A DNA stretch of 64,000 nucleotides, from positions 1,632,001 through 1,696,000 of the forward strand of contig OY776562.1 in assembly GCA_963675785.1 (NCBI GenBank). The letters run 5' to 3'. The notes beneath the pieces were generated by a model. The model made no database searches. It was not told the DNA's origin and saw only the letters and a program-made list of their open reading frames with translations. A program made the translations under genes and the position numbers. This document shows, in pieces, positions 21,290 through 31,847 of the stretch. Position 1 is the first letter of the stretch. Every line of letters begins with the position of its first letter. This DNA is from Anaerolineae bacterium (GTDB lineage Bacteria > Chloroflexota > Anaerolineae > UBA1429).

Positions 21290-22572
21290 GAAAATTTGCT
21301 GATTTGCGCGGCTCGTGGTTGGTTTTCAAGCATGAACTGCAAGTTACGTTGGGCCGACGCTCTTTTTGGATCACGACCATTGTATTACCGCTGGTTATCG
21401 TCGCTTTTCAGGTATTGCCCCAAGTGCTAATTCAAAGTGAATTGGGGGAGGATACCAACCTGGAAGAGGCACTGGCCAGTGTCGAGCTTCAGCCGTTGGC
21501 CTATGTCGATCTGGCCGGTGTGATAGGCGAGTTACCGTCGTATATCGCCAGCGATCTGGTCATCGCCTACCCTGACCTAGAGACTGGGCGCCAGGCATTG
21601 GAAAATGAAGATATTTCATCCCTGTATGTGATTCAAGCAGACTATATACAGACCGGGGATATCACTCGCATTGATGTAGGCCAAGCAGCTTTGGAGCAAA
21701 CGAGCCACGAATACCTGCTCAACTACTTGATCGATTATGGTATTAGTGGCGATGCTGCCCTGGTAGCTTTGCTGCAAGATCCTGCAGCAGCAGCACGTGA
21801 TGCGTCTTCACAAATGAGCCTGGCTCCCGAGACATCGGAAAAAACGTCTTCGGGCAATAGCACTGGCTTTGATCTGACAGGCTATGCCTTGATGATGGTG
21901 CTATTTATGACCATCGTGGGGGCTGGCAGCCTGGTGTTGCAGAGCGTAGCGAGCGAAAAGGAAAACCGTACAGCCGAAGTTTTGTTGTTGAGCATTCATC
22001 CGCGAGACTTTATGCTGGGGAAACTACTGGCCATGGGCATTGCTTCACTAGTCCAGCTTGTAATTTGGCTGAGTACAGCCTATATGGCCCTGGGTAACAG
22101 CGATACGCTGGCCATGCTAGGCATGACCAGCCAGATCACTTTCGCCCCCGGCCTTGTTTTGTGGGGCATCCTCTTTGGCGTGCTGGGCTATGCGGTTTAC
22201 GCTGCCATGTTCGGTGCGTTGGGTGCATTGGCACCTACGGCACGTGAGGGCGCGCAGTTTCAAATCATTGTCATGATCCCGTTGATTCTGCCGCTCATGT
22301 TCAACTATACACTCATGAGCGAGCCCAACGGTATGCTTGCCCAGGCGCTTAGCCTGGTACCCTTTACCTCGCCAATCACCATGATCATGCGCATGTCTAT
22401 GATCACAGTACCTGTCTGGCAGATTGTAACCAGTCTGGCTCTGTTACTTGTTACTGCCTATGGCATGGTGGCTCTTTCCGGGCGGTTCTTCCGGGCAGAT
22501 ACGCTGCTGAGCGGACTCAAGCTGGATTGGAAGCGGATTCTATCCGTGTTCAAGGCGCCAGAAGAGGCCTAG
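21286..22572 (+). CDS. ABC-2 permease (NatB/YhaP-like), second subunit
   Basis: EKENRTAEVLL, GKLL, PFTSPITM. Confidence 0.9.
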   Translation: MRKFADLRGSWLVFKHELQVTLGRRSFWITTIVLPLVIVAFQVLPQVLIQSELGEDTNLEEALASVELQPLAYVDLAGVIGELPSYIASDLVIAYPDLETGRQALENEDISSLYVIQADYIQTGDITRIDVGQAALEQTSHEYLLNYLIDYGISGDAALVALLQDPAAAARDASSQMSLAPETSEKTSSGNSTGFDLTGYALMMVLFMTIVGAGSLVLQSVASEKENRTAEVLLLSIHPRDFMLGKLLAMGIASLVQLVIWLSTAYMALGNSDTLAMLGMTSQITFAPGLVLWGILFGVLGYAVYAAMFGALGALAPTAREGAQFQIIVMIPLILPLMFNYTLMSEPNGMLAQALSLVPFTSPITMIMRMSMITVPVWQIVTSLALLLVTAYGMVALSGRFFRADTLLSGLKLDWKRILSVFKAPEEA

Positions 22573-22581
22573 TTATCTACG

Positions 22582-22619
22582 AAAAAGGGACTGACCAAAT
22601 ATGGTCAGTCCCTTTTTTT
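22582..22619. terminator. Bidirectional terminator
   Basis: AAAAAGGGACTGACCA-aata-TGGTCAGTCCCTTTTTTT. Confidence 0.88.
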
Positions 22620-22632
22620 GATCAATATGCTG

Positions 22633-23733
22633 TTAGGCAACAGCCGCACGGGCACGCTCGATCTGGGCGATGATGCCCAGATGCTGTGGACAGTTGTCTT
22701 CGCAGATACCGCAGCCGATGCACTCGTCGAGCCATTCAGCCACATCGCGGCCAATATAGCGATTACGCAGGTACTGGCCCAGTTTGTCTGCAGCCATACC
22801 CGAAATGTCGAAATCGCGCATGATCTGCATGAACTCGGTGGGATCAAAGCCATTGGGGCAATCGTGGCAATAGCCACAGCCAGTGCAAAATGCGCCCTTG
22901 GGAAGCCGAACTTCAGCCAGACGATCGACCAGTGCCTTGCGGTAATCATCCCCCAAGGATTCGATGCTTTCTAGCGTGGCAATATCAGCCTCAACTTGCG
23001 AGAGATCAGTAAAGCCCAGTAATCCCGCGGTGATGCCAGAGTTCGCCCACAAAAAGCGCAAGGCGCCCTGCCAGGGTCCATCACCATCCTCATGCAAAAA
23101 GGCCAGCGATTCATCCTCCGGCTTGCCCAACACGCCACCGGCCAAAGGGTTCATGCAAAAGATGCCAACACCCTTTTCATGAGCATAGCGAATGAGCTCT
23201 TCTTCCTGCCGCTTGATGATGTTATATGACACCGTGGCACAAAGGAATTCACCAGTATCCACCGCGGCCTTGAACAAGGGGCCATCGCCATGGAAAGTAA
23301 AGCCAATGCCAGTGCGAATGAGGCCATCATCCTGTGCCTTGCGCAAACCTTCAATCATACCGCCAGGAGCCAGCGCCGATTCCAACGCTGACATCTGCTG
23401 CAATCCCCACACCTGGTAAAAATCAAAGTAGTCAAGGCCTGCCTTTTCCAGCGAGCTCTCAACCGAACGGCGCACATGATCGGCCTTGGGAGCCGAGGCC
23501 CAGTCAGATTTACAGGAAAAATAGACCTCATCGCGGCGCTGCTGCACAGCTTTGCCAGACCAAACCAAAGACTTGCCATCCACATAACCCGTGGAGGTGT
23601 CCAAATAATTCATGCCAAGATCGATACCCTTGTTGATGATCTCGTAGGCAGCTTGCTCGGTTTGCCAACGCATAGTGCCAAAACTCACCATGGAGATATC
23701 AATACCCGAACTGCCAAGTTTACGGTATTTCAT
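22633..23733 (-). CDS. Aldo/keto reductase with C-terminal 4Fe-4S dicluster
   Basis: MKYRKLG.SG, FGTMR, DTS.GY, MNPLAGG; CTGCGYC..CP and CIGCGICE..CPQ. Confidence 0.92.
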   Translation of the reverse strand: MKYRKLGSSGIDISMVSFGTMRWQTEQAAYEIINKGIDLGMNYLDTSTGYVDGKSLVWSGKAVQQRRDEVYFSCKSDWASAPKADHVRRSVESSLEKAGLDYFDFYQVWGLQQMSALESALAPGGMIEGLRKAQDDGLIRTGIGFTFHGDGPLFKAAVDTGEFLCATVSYNIIKRQEEELIRYAHEKGVGIFCMNPLAGGVLGKPEDESLAFLHEDGDGPWQGALRFLWANSGITAGLLGFTDLSQVEADIATLESIESLGDDYRKALVDRLAEVRLPKGAFCTGCGYCHDCPNGFDPTEFMQIMRDFDISGMAADKLGQYLRNRYIGRDVAEWLDECIGCGICEDNCPQHLGIIAQIERARAAVA

Positions 23734-23835
23734 AAGAAGAATGCCTCCTTTTATCGGGGGAAGCGCTAAACCAGAATTGTTTAGATGATAGCGAGGTTCG
23801 AAAAGCGATGCAAGCACAAAGAACGAAGGGTAAAT

Positions 23836-23869
23836 AAAAAGTGGGCGTTCTCGCAGGAACGCCCACTTT
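23836..23869 (-). terminator. Terminator of the cold-shock gene
   Basis: AAAAGTGGGCGTTC-tcgcag-GAACGCCCACTTT. Confidence 0.8.
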
Positions 23870-23878
23870 GTTTACAAT

Positions 23879-24235
23879 CTACCAGCGATCGCGGTCACCA
23901 CGGTCGCGGCCGCCGCCGCCATAGCCACCACGGTCTGCACCGCCGAAGCCACCGCGGTCACCACCACGGTCACCACCGCGTTCTCCGCCACCAAAGCCAC
24001 CACGGCTACGGCTCGGAGTTCCACCACCTAGTCGCTTTACGCGAACAGCCTGGGGACCACGATCGGTATCTTCGACTTCAAACTCGACACTTTCGTTCTC
24101 ATCGAGCGTGTGAAAACCATCGCCTACGATGCCACTATGATGTACGAATACATCCTTACCATCGGGCGTGGTTACGAAACCATAGCCCTTAGCATTATTG
24201 AACCACTTTACGGTACCGGTGATACGTTCGGACAT
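23879..24235 (-). CDS. cspA: Cold-shock domain protein with Gly/Arg-rich (RGG) C-terminal tail
   Basis: [14 protein letters not shown] (RNP1), DVFVH (RNP2), RGPQA; tail of RGG/GGDR repeats. Confidence 0.92.
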   Translation of the reverse strand: MSERITGTVKWFNNAKGYGFVTTPDGKDVFVHHSGIVGDGFHTLDENESVEFEVEDTDRGPQAVRVKRLGGGTPSRSRGGFGGGERGGDRGGDRGGFGGADRGGYGGGGRDRGDRDRW

Positions 24236-24550
24236 GAGGTCGTCCATCCTTTCGAAAAAACAAGTACGAACAACGCCAGCCAGAGACAAAGAAAAAGGGC
24301 CATAGCCTGCGCTGCGACGCAGACACGACCAGTGTTCTGTGCACTCCAGCTTGCGGCATTGCTACTTTATGATAGCGCAAGATGCCATAAATGTCAAATG
24401 TTATTAATCTGCCAACAAGAGTTCAAAAGAAACGTTAGCGAATCTCTACGGATGGATAAAAGAAAGAGCCATTACAACTCTGTTGCACAGGGGTTCGCGC
24501 AACAGTATAATGCCCACACGATTGGATATCCCAAAGGGAGAGCGACAACT

Positions 24551-25756
24551 ATGCGTGTATTGATGCTGAGTTGGGAGTATCCGCCAAACGTTGTCGGAGG
24601 CCTGGGCACACATACGGCCGAAATTGCGCCAGCTCTGGCGCGTCAAGGCATCGAGCTTACTGTAGTAACGCCGATGATGTGTGAGGCCCCTGAAGAAGAG
24701 GCCTTTATTGGTGGACGCATCGTTCGCGTGCCGGTAGAAGGCCACGGCGCCTATGGCTCTAGCTTTTACACTGATACATTGAACGCCAACGGGCCCATCG
24801 AAGAAGCTGCTGCCCGCATTATCGAAGAAACCGGCCCCTTTGATCTGATTCACAACCATGACTGGTTGACCTCGTTCGCAGCGGTCGCTCTCAAAAATCG
24901 CTATCACATTCCTCTGGTTGCCACCATTCATGCTACCGAACGCGGGCGGGGACGCGGCAACCTGTGGAACGATGATGCAATAGCCATCAACGATGCCGAG
25001 TGGCGGCTAACCTATGAAGCCTGGCGTGTAATCGCTTGTACCCACTACATGGCGAAAGAGCTGGGCGATTTCTTTGGCGTGCCAAGCAACAAAGTAGATG
25101 TCGTCCCCAACGGTATGCGCGCTGACCACTTTGCGGATATTCTCGCAGAAGACTTGACCGAATTCCGAGCACGTTGGGCTCACCCTGAGGAAAAGCTAGT
25201 GCTTTTTGTGGGGCGCATGGTCCACGAAAAAGGCCCTTATGTGCTGGTAGATGCGGTGCCCGAGGTGCTGCGGGCTGTGCCCGAAGCGAAATTCGTGATG
25301 GTTGGCAAGGGCCCCGAACTAGAGTATCTGCGCGGCGTGGTGGCCGGGCGAGGCCTGGTCGACAAGGTAGCACTACCGGGTTTTGTCGATGATGGCGACC
25401 GCGATCGACTGTATGTGGCCGCGGACGTGGCTGTATTCCCCAGCCTGTATGAACCCTTTGGCATTGTAGCACTGGAAGCCATGGCTGCCCGCACCCCTGT
25501 GGTAGTCAGTGAGGTGGCTGGCCTGGCCGAAGTAGTGCAGCATGCCGAAACCGGCATCACCACCCTTCCCGGCCAACCGGCTTCCTGTGCCTGGGGTATC
25601 ATTCATACCCTGCAACACCCCGAATGGGCCCAGATGCGCGTGCAAAACGCTGTGGATGCACTGCACACGCGCTTTAACTGGGACATCATCGCCCGGCAGA
25701 CGGGGGAAGTGTACGCCCGCGTCTGTGCTGAACGACATACGATTACCAGTTGGTAG
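24551..25756 (+). CDS. GT4 family glycosyltransferase
   Basis: MRVLMLSWEYPP..VGGLG, HNHDW, TIHATE.GR, PSLYEPFGIVALEAMA. Confidence 0.93.
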   Translation: MRVLMLSWEYPPNVVGGLGTHTAEIAPALARQGIELTVVTPMMCEAPEEEAFIGGRIVRVPVEGHGAYGSSFYTDTLNANGPIEEAAARIIEETGPFDLIHNHDWLTSFAAVALKNRYHIPLVATIHATERGRGRGNLWNDDAIAINDAEWRLTYEAWRVIACTHYMAKELGDFFGVPSNKVDVVPNGMRADHFADILAEDLTEFRARWAHPEEKLVLFVGRMVHEKGPYVLVDAVPEVLRAVPEAKFVMVGKGPELEYLRGVVAGRGLVDKVALPGFVDDGDRDRLYVAADVAVFPSLYEPFGIVALEAMAARTPVVVSEVAGLAEVVQHAETGITTLPGQPASCAWGIIHTLQHPEWAQMRVQNAVDALHTRFNWDIIARQTGEVYARVCAERHTITSW

Positions 25757-25821
25757 TTCTAGCTCATGTGGCGTGCACAGAGACCATGATTCTGTGCACG
25801 CCTTCAATTGTTGAGGTGTAC

Positions 25822-26424
25822 GTGCTAGACAAGACTCTCCCCTACAAGAGTATCCTCATGCGGGCAGAGCAGCCTTTGCCAGCGGCGTACGTTGCGCCAC
25901 CGCCCGGTTGGCACATTGTGCCCTATGAAGCTGGTGATGAGACACACTGGGCCGAAATCGAGACTTCTGTTGATGAATTCGAAGACGAGTTCAACGCACT
26001 CACCTATTTTACTAGAGACTATGTATCGCTGGCCGACTTGCTACATGAGCGCTGCCTGTTTGCCGTGGATGAACAGGGGCATTATGCCGGAACTTGCACG
26101 GCCTGGTTCGCTGAAAAAGATTCAGAGCAAATCAGTTCGCTGCACTGGCTAGCCGTCAAACCCGAGTACCAACATCACGGGTTAGGCAGGGCGCTCATCA
26201 GTCGGGTAATGGCTCTTTTTGAGACAACCAGCGGTTTCCCCGTTTATCTGCACACCCAAACCTGGAGCCATCGCGCGGTCTTGCTGTACAGACAGCTTGG
26301 TTTTTGTTTGCTCAAGGAAGAACGCTTTGCCAGATATGGGAACGACTTTGACGAAGCCATGGCCATTCTCAGGCCCGTGCTCAGCCATGAACAGTATGCC
26401 GACCTCCTAAACAGTGCTCAATAA
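25822..26424 (+). CDS. GNAT family N-acetyltransferase
   Basis: LHWLAVKPEYQHHGLGRAL acetyl-CoA motif A, YLHTQTWS..A..LY..LGF. Confidence 0.88.
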   Translation: MLDKTLPYKSILMRAEQPLPAAYVAPPPGWHIVPYEAGDETHWAEIETSVDEFEDEFNALTYFTRDYVSLADLLHERCLFAVDEQGHYAGTCTAWFAEKDSEQISSLHWLAVKPEYQHHGLGRALISRVMALFETTSGFPVYLHTQTWSHRAVLLYRQLGFCLLKEERFARYGNDFDEAMAILRPVLSHEQYADLLNSAQ

Positions 26425-26469
26425 AAACGCTGGCCCATCGGATGATGAACCAGCGTCATTTCAAAGTAG

Positions 26470-27777
26470 CTAACCACGTAATATGTCGTACACCAAAGGG
26501 GGCTCTGCAACCAGTTCTTCACTCCAGGTGCAAGCAGCCAGCAGACGTACTTGCGCTCTATCGGCGGCCTCTTGGGTACGAGCGTGAATGGTGCAAAGTG
26601 CATCCCCCGTTTCGAGTTGCGCCCCCACTTTGGCGGCAAACACCAGGCCCACGGCGTGATCTACTGGATCGCCCTTGCGTTCACGGCCAGCACCCAACTC
26701 GACAGAGAGCAATCCCACTTCACGTGCGTCAATACCAGCCAGGTAGCCGCTCTGTGGCGCTGTCACTACCTGCCTCAACGGCGCCTGCTCCAGTATCGAG
26801 AGATCATCGGCAACGCGGGCATCACCACCCTGCCCGGCAACCCACTTTTTGAATACCGCCAGCGCCGAACCATCGGCCAACGTGCCCTTAGCCAGGGCAC
26901 GTCCCGTCTCGGGCGTCTCGGCCAAACCAGCCAAACGCAGCATCTCGGCGGCAATCACCACGCAGTGTTCGACGAAATCCGCCGGGCCACAGCCGTGCAA
27001 TGTCTCCACCGCCTCAGCCACTTCTAGCGTGTTGCCTACTGCATTGCCCAGGGGTTGATCCATACTGGAAAGCACTGCAGTAACGCGCCTCCCCACCTGC
27101 TCGCCAATAGAGATCATGATCTCGGCCAGCGCACGGGCGTCTTTGAGCGTGGTCATAAAGGCGCCGCGCCCCACTTTGACGTCGAGCACCATAGCCTGGG
27201 CACCGGAAGCGATCTTTTTGCTCATGATCGAGCTGGCGATAAGCGGCAAGCTGGGCACGGTGGCAGTTACATCGCGCAGGGCATACAGTTTGCCATCAGC
27301 AGGCGCCAGATCCGCAGTTTGGCCGGCCACCACCACCCCATTGCGAGCCACAGCCTTAAAGAACTCGTCGATAGTAAGGGAGACGTTATAGCCGGGGATG
27401 GATTCAAGTTTGTCCAGGGTGCCACCGGAAAAGCCCAACCCTCGGCCCGACATCTTGGCTACAGGTTGACCCAAAGCAGCCACCATAGGCGCCACCACCA
27501 ACGTGGTCTTGTCGCCCACGCCGCCAGTAGAATGCTTATCAACCACCACAGGGGCCACACGGTCCATATTCAGCGTTTGGCCTGAGTGCACCATGGCCAT
27601 AGCCAAATCGGTGGTCTCACGGTTATTCATGCCCTTGAGGAGCACGGCCATGGCCCAGGCCGCCGCCTGATAATCGGGGATGTCTCCCCGCGTATAACCC
27701 TGGATGAAAAAATCGATTTCGGCGCTGCTGAGCGCCAAACCATCGCGCTTTTTAGCGATTATGTCTACAGCACGCAT
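26470..27777 (-). CDS. pdp: Pyrimidine-nucleoside (thymidine) phosphorylase
   Basis: DKHSTGGVGDK, KMSGRGLG..GGTLDKLESIPG, SSIMSKK, LDVKVG.GAFM. Confidence 0.96.
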   Translation of the reverse strand: MRAVDIIAKKRDGLALSSAEIDFFIQGYTRGDIPDYQAAAWAMAVLLKGMNNRETTDLAMAMVHSGQTLNMDRVAPVVVDKHSTGGVGDKTTLVVAPMVAALGQPVAKMSGRGLGFSGGTLDKLESIPGYNVSLTIDEFFKAVARNGVVVAGQTADLAPADGKLYALRDVTATVPSLPLIASSIMSKKIASGAQAMVLDVKVGRGAFMTTLKDARALAEIMISIGEQVGRRVTAVLSSMDQPLGNAVGNTLEVAEAVETLHGCGPADFVEHCVVIAAEMLRLAGLAETPETGRALAKGTLADGSALAVFKKWVAGQGGDARVADDLSILEQAPLRQVVTAPQSGYLAGIDAREVGLLSVELGAGRERKGDPVDHAVGLVFAAKVGAQLETGDALCTIHARTQEAADRAQVRLLAACTWSEELVAEPPLVYDILRG

Positions 27778-27978
27778 CGTATTCCCTCCTTGGCGAATCC
27801 GCGCCTGCTTGATCCTAATAGTTTATTCTAAACCGGAACAACATGTCGGTCAATCGCTCTCTGGCAGACATCCTTTTTGGCGATTCTATCTTTGGGGATG
27901 CGTTGGCGTTCGTGCTATACTCTTGCAGACAAAATATGCTTTTTGTCTGGCACCGTGCCCTGGAAAGGAGCCTGCTCC

Positions 27979-28974
27979 ATGCGGCGAACATATGTCGCCG
28001 ATCTGCGCATCGACGATCGCGTTAAACAAGATTTTCTGCTTCGAGAAGTTCAGATACAAACCACCCGCCGAGGAGACACTATGTTGCGGGTTCGTCTGGC
28101 TGACCGTACTGGCAGCATCAATGGCATCATGCACAATCCCCACGATGGCATCGTTGGGCGGCTGCGTGATTCTGTTGGCGCCATGGTGACCGGCTATGTC
28201 AGCGAGTACCATGAACAGGTACAGATCTCGATAGACAGCATTACCCCTATTGAATTGACCAACTTGGCCGACTTTTTACCGCCGCCCCGCCATTCGATGG
28301 ACGAGATGACGGCCGAACTGGATGCCCTGATCGATTCAATCAACGATCCGCACCTGGCACTACTGCTGGCCGAGTTCTTTGCTGACAAAACCTTTTATGA
28401 TCAGTTTATCAGCACGACCGCGGCCACACGCATGCATCATGCCTGCTACGGCGGGTTGCTGGAACATACCCTGGCTGTATGCCGCATAGCCAGCGCTTCG
28501 TCAGAGCTCTATCCCGAGGTCGACCACGATCTGGTGATGAGCATCGCCCTGCTGCATGACCTGGGCAAGGTCAAGTCCTATGATCCGGTGACTTTTCAGC
28601 TGACGGACGAGGGTCGCCTGTTGGGCCATATCAACATCGAGTTCAGCGAGATCGATTCGGCCATCGGCGAGATCGAGGGATTTCCGCCCGAGATGCGCCT
28701 GCGTGTTCTGCATGGGTTGCTGGCCAGCCATGGTCGACCCGAATGGGGCTCGCCCGTGGCGCCCATGACGTTAGAGGCCATGATCGTCTTCCATGCCGAC
28801 AGCCTGGTAGCCGACGTGCGCGGCGCTATCGATCATTTCGAACGTGAAGGCGGCAACTCGACCTTTACTGAGCGCAGTATGGGGCATGGTAACAATCGAC
28901 TCTACCGTGGTGAGAATTATGACAACCACACTGAAATGTATGAGAGCAGCGATTGGGAATCCTCTAGCGAGTGA
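27979..28974 (+). CDS. yhaM: OB-fold + HD domain 3'-5' exoribonuclease (YhaM/Cbf1 family)
   Basis: L.DRTG.I OB fold; HHA..GGLLEHT, LHDLGK, LLGHI, SHG..EWGSP..P.T.EA, HAD. Confidence 0.9.
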   Translation: MRRTYVADLRIDDRVKQDFLLREVQIQTTRRGDTMLRVRLADRTGSINGIMHNPHDGIVGRLRDSVGAMVTGYVSEYHEQVQISIDSITPIELTNLADFLPPPRHSMDEMTAELDALIDSINDPHLALLLAEFFADKTFYDQFISTTAATRMHHACYGGLLEHTLAVCRIASASSELYPEVDHDLVMSIALLHDLGKVKSYDPVTFQLTDEGRLLGHINIEFSEIDSAIGEIEGFPPEMRLRVLHGLLASHGRPEWGSPVAPMTLEAMIVFHADSLVADVRGAIDHFEREGGNSTFTERSMGHGNNRLYRGENYDNHTEMYESSDWESSSE

Positions 28975-29485
28975 CCCAATAACGTACTGCAGGCCCGATG
29001 CCGTGATCGTCAAAAGCGGCGTCGGGCTTTTTTTGTACCAACTGTACATCGAGTGAGCCGTATTCCAGGGCACGCATGGGGCAAGCGCGCACACAGGTAG
29101 GCCGAAGGCCAGCAGCCAATTCATCGGCACAACCATCGCATTTGCTGGCCACCTCAGCCACCAAGGTGACTGCGCCAAAGGGACAGGCCTCGATACAGGC
29201 ACCACAACCAATGCAAACTTCAGTGTCGATCTGCACCAGATCCAACTCATTACGAGTAACTGCCTCTACCGGGCAAACCGGCAGGCAGGCTGGATCATCA
29301 CAATGCCAGCAGTGCGTCGGGCGATAGTTGAACGATATCGCCGGATAGGCGCCCCGCTCCTCCAGTGGCACACGCAGCCAGATAACATCCCCAGCCAAAT
29401 CGGCCCGATCACGACAGGCCACAGCACAAGCGTAGCAGCCGGTACACCGAGAGATATCAATGATAAAGCCCTCTCTGTTGCTCAT
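28964..29485 (-). CDS. DmsB-like 4x[4Fe-4S] electron-transfer subunit
   Basis: CTGCYACAVAC, CWHCDDPAC..VCP, CIGCGACIEACP, KCDGC...P.CVRACP. Confidence 0.92.
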   Translation of the reverse strand: MSNREGFIIDISRCTGCYACAVACRDRADLAGDVIWLRVPLEERGAYPAISFNYRPTHCWHCDDPACLPVCPVEAVTRNELDLVQIDTEVCIGCGACIEACPFGAVTLVAEVASKCDGCADELAAGLRPTCVRACPMRALEYGSLDVQLVQKKPDAAFDDHGIGPAVRYWVTR

Positions 29486-31590
29486 GCGCCCGCCCTCTCG
29501 ATCTCGACGTGAAAGCTGTGTGTGGCCGTGCCCCCCGAAGGCGACAATTCCGAGCCAGTAAGCACATTGGCACAACCGCCCACGTCCACGCCATCCTCCG
29601 GCGCATACCAGGCACCTTCGTAAATGCAGACCACACCCGGCATGATGCGCCCGGTGACATAGGCCGGCAGACGCACCCGCCCATTTCGGTTGAACACCTC
29701 GACCCTATCGCCGTCGGCAATACCGCGAGCAGTGGCATCCTGAGGGTTGATCCACACCCGCTGCACTTCTAGTTCCTGCAGCCAGGGGTTGCCGGCCATG
29801 CTGGAATTGGCCCGCAGCTTGTGGTGCGGCGTCAGCAGATGCAGCGGCAAGTCTTCGGTGCCGGTGGGCACCGGCTCGCTATATTCGGGCAGCTCGGGCA
29901 GGTTGTAGCGCGGTGCACCCGAGGAGGCGAGCTCGATACGCCCCGAATGGGTATGCAAGGGATGGGCAGCAGGATCCTGGCGAAACTCGCGCAGAGCCAC
30001 ACGTGGGTACGGGTCACCACGGTAAACGCCCATCTCGCGTAGCGGCTGTTCATGCTGGCTCTGGCTGAGCATGTACTCTACCCATTCGGCCTCGGTGCGA
30101 CCGACAGTGTAGGCCTCACGTAAGCCAAAGCGTTCGGCCAGCCCGGCAAAAATAGCGTAATCGCTACGCGCCTCACCGGCGGCCTCAACCACCTGCTGAC
30201 TCCAAAAAGCCTGCAGGTCATACCCCCAAGATGAGACGATATCAGGATGTTCCATCTCGGTAGCGGCGGGCAGTACGATATCGGCCAGGCGCGCCGTGGG
30301 CGTAAAAAAGGGATCGATCACCGCCACGAAATCCAGGCCCATGAGTGCCTCGATGTTGGCCCGTGTGTTGGAGCTGCGATTCACCAGGTTGCTGGCGGTA
30401 ATGAGCGCCGTGGTTACTGGCGGGTTCAGCCGCTTCTGAAGAATATCCTGTGCCCAGGCTGGTGCCGAAAGAGTGCGCCCCATGCCATAGGGTCCACGCG
30501 GCAGAGCGGCAAACTGCAGGGGCCGTCCTCCGGGGCTAGTAGTGGCCAAGGCACCGCCAGGAATGCCCACGTTGCCACTGATGCAAGAGAGAGCGAGCAC
30601 TGCCCGCGACCACTGCTCGCCCACCAGGGTACGCTGCGGCCCCCAACCGGGCAAAAGTGCCGCCGGGCTTTGTTGTGCATACTCGCGGGCCAGGCTAGCG
30701 ATGCGCTCGGCAGGTACACCACAAATCCCCTCGGCCCAAGCGGGCGTCTTGGCCTGACCGTCGTTGCGGCCCAACAAATAATCGGCAAATTCGGCATAGC
30801 CCGCCATGCAGCGAGCGATGAAATCGCGGTCGGCCAGGTTCTTGCATTCCAGCACGTAGCACATTGCCAAAACCATAGCCGTATCGGTGCCCGGACGAAT
30901 GGGAATCCACTCGTCCGCCAATACCCCACTGTCAGTCCAACGAGGATCGATGAGTACCACGCGAGCGCCGCGTTCGCGAGCATCAGCCACAAAGCGAGCC
31001 GTGTTGTGCGACATGTGCAATTCGGCGGGGTTCATGCCCCACAGAATGATCAGCCGTGAGTTGAGCAGATCGGCACGATCAGAACAAGGCAGTATATCGC
31101 CCAACATCAGGCGGGCGGCCAGATCAATGCTGTGGGAACTCATGTTGCCGGTCAGGTAGCTCACCGGCGCGTAATGGGTGAAAAAGCGGTGCATAGCCGC
31201 CGCACCGCTAATGCCGCGACCGCCGCCAGAGCCATGCCCACCTGCCGCCAAAATGGCCTGTGGACCATGCTCGGCACGGGCAGAATCGAGTGCGGCAGAA
31301 ACCTCGTCTACAGCCTCATCCCATGAAATCGGCTCGAACTCACCAGAACCGCGAGGGCCCGTTCTGCGTAGAGGATTGAGTAGTCGTGAAGATGCATTGA
31401 GCATCCCTCGATGGGCTCGACCACGAGCGCAGGGCACTAAGCGAGGCAGTTCGGGGGTATCGGCATCGTCGGGCGTATCGATACGCAGCAAAACCCCATT
31501 GCGCACCACAGCATGCAATACGCAGCGCGAACCGCAGTCTAGCGTGCAGGTAAAGGGTAGGTGTTGTTCAGTTTGCGGCTCAATACTCAA
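29482..31590 (-). CDS. DMSO reductase family molybdopterin oxidoreductase catalytic subunit (DmsA/YnfE-like), no Tat signal
   Basis: CTLDCGSRC..CARG FS0 motif, RGSGEFEPISWDEA, IRPGTD, ADIVLPA, INP.DA..RGI..GD. Confidence 0.92.
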   Translation of the reverse strand: MSIEPQTEQHLPFTCTLDCGSRCVLHAVVRNGVLLRIDTPDDADTPELPRLVPCARGRAHRGMLNASSRLLNPLRRTGPRGSGEFEPISWDEAVDEVSAALDSARAEHGPQAILAAGGHGSGGGRGISGAAAMHRFFTHYAPVSYLTGNMSSHSIDLAARLMLGDILPCSDRADLLNSRLIILWGMNPAELHMSHNTARFVADARERGARVVLIDPRWTDSGVLADEWIPIRPGTDTAMVLAMCYVLECKNLADRDFIARCMAGYAEFADYLLGRNDGQAKTPAWAEGICGVPAERIASLAREYAQQSPAALLPGWGPQRTLVGEQWSRAVLALSCISGNVGIPGGALATTSPGGRPLQFAALPRGPYGMGRTLSAPAWAQDILQKRLNPPVTTALITASNLVNRSSNTRANIEALMGLDFVAVIDPFFTPTARLADIVLPAATEMEHPDIVSSWGYDLQAFWSQQVVEAAGEARSDYAIFAGLAERFGLREAYTVGRTEAEWVEYMLSQSQHEQPLREMGVYRGDPYPRVALREFRQDPAAHPLHTHSGRIELASSGAPRYNLPELPEYSEPVPTGTEDLPLHLLTPHHKLRANSSMAGNPWLQELEVQRVWINPQDATARGIADGDRVEVFNRNGRVRLPAYVTGRIMPGVVCIYEGAWYAPEDGVDVGGCANVLTGSELSPSGGTATHSFHVEIERAGA

Positions 31591-31847
31591 TTTTTGACAT
31601 CCTCAACAATTTTAATGAATTATGCAACAAAATTGTTTGACTAACCGTATAGAATATTGTATGATTCAGACAATATGAGCAACTTATTTGGGCAACTGCC
31701 CAATACCCTGGCCAGGGATACACGCTCAAACTGCCTGCATACGGAATGCTATACGATGGCCACAAGCCAAAAGATGATCGGCATTTAGGAGACATTCTAA
31801 TGAGCCGAGACCCTTTTCGCCAACTGGCCCGACAAAGGATGTCGAAC

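Noticed and set aside
24110-24550. 147-aa N-terminal extension of the GT4 ORF overlapping the csp gene
   Set aside because: Family homology begins at MRVLML (24551) with its own RBS; the extension overlaps a real opposite-strand gene.
31591-31760. Moco riboswitch or Rex/FNR site upstream of the molybdoenzyme
   Set aside because: AT-rich promoter-like DNA without a convincing consensus match.
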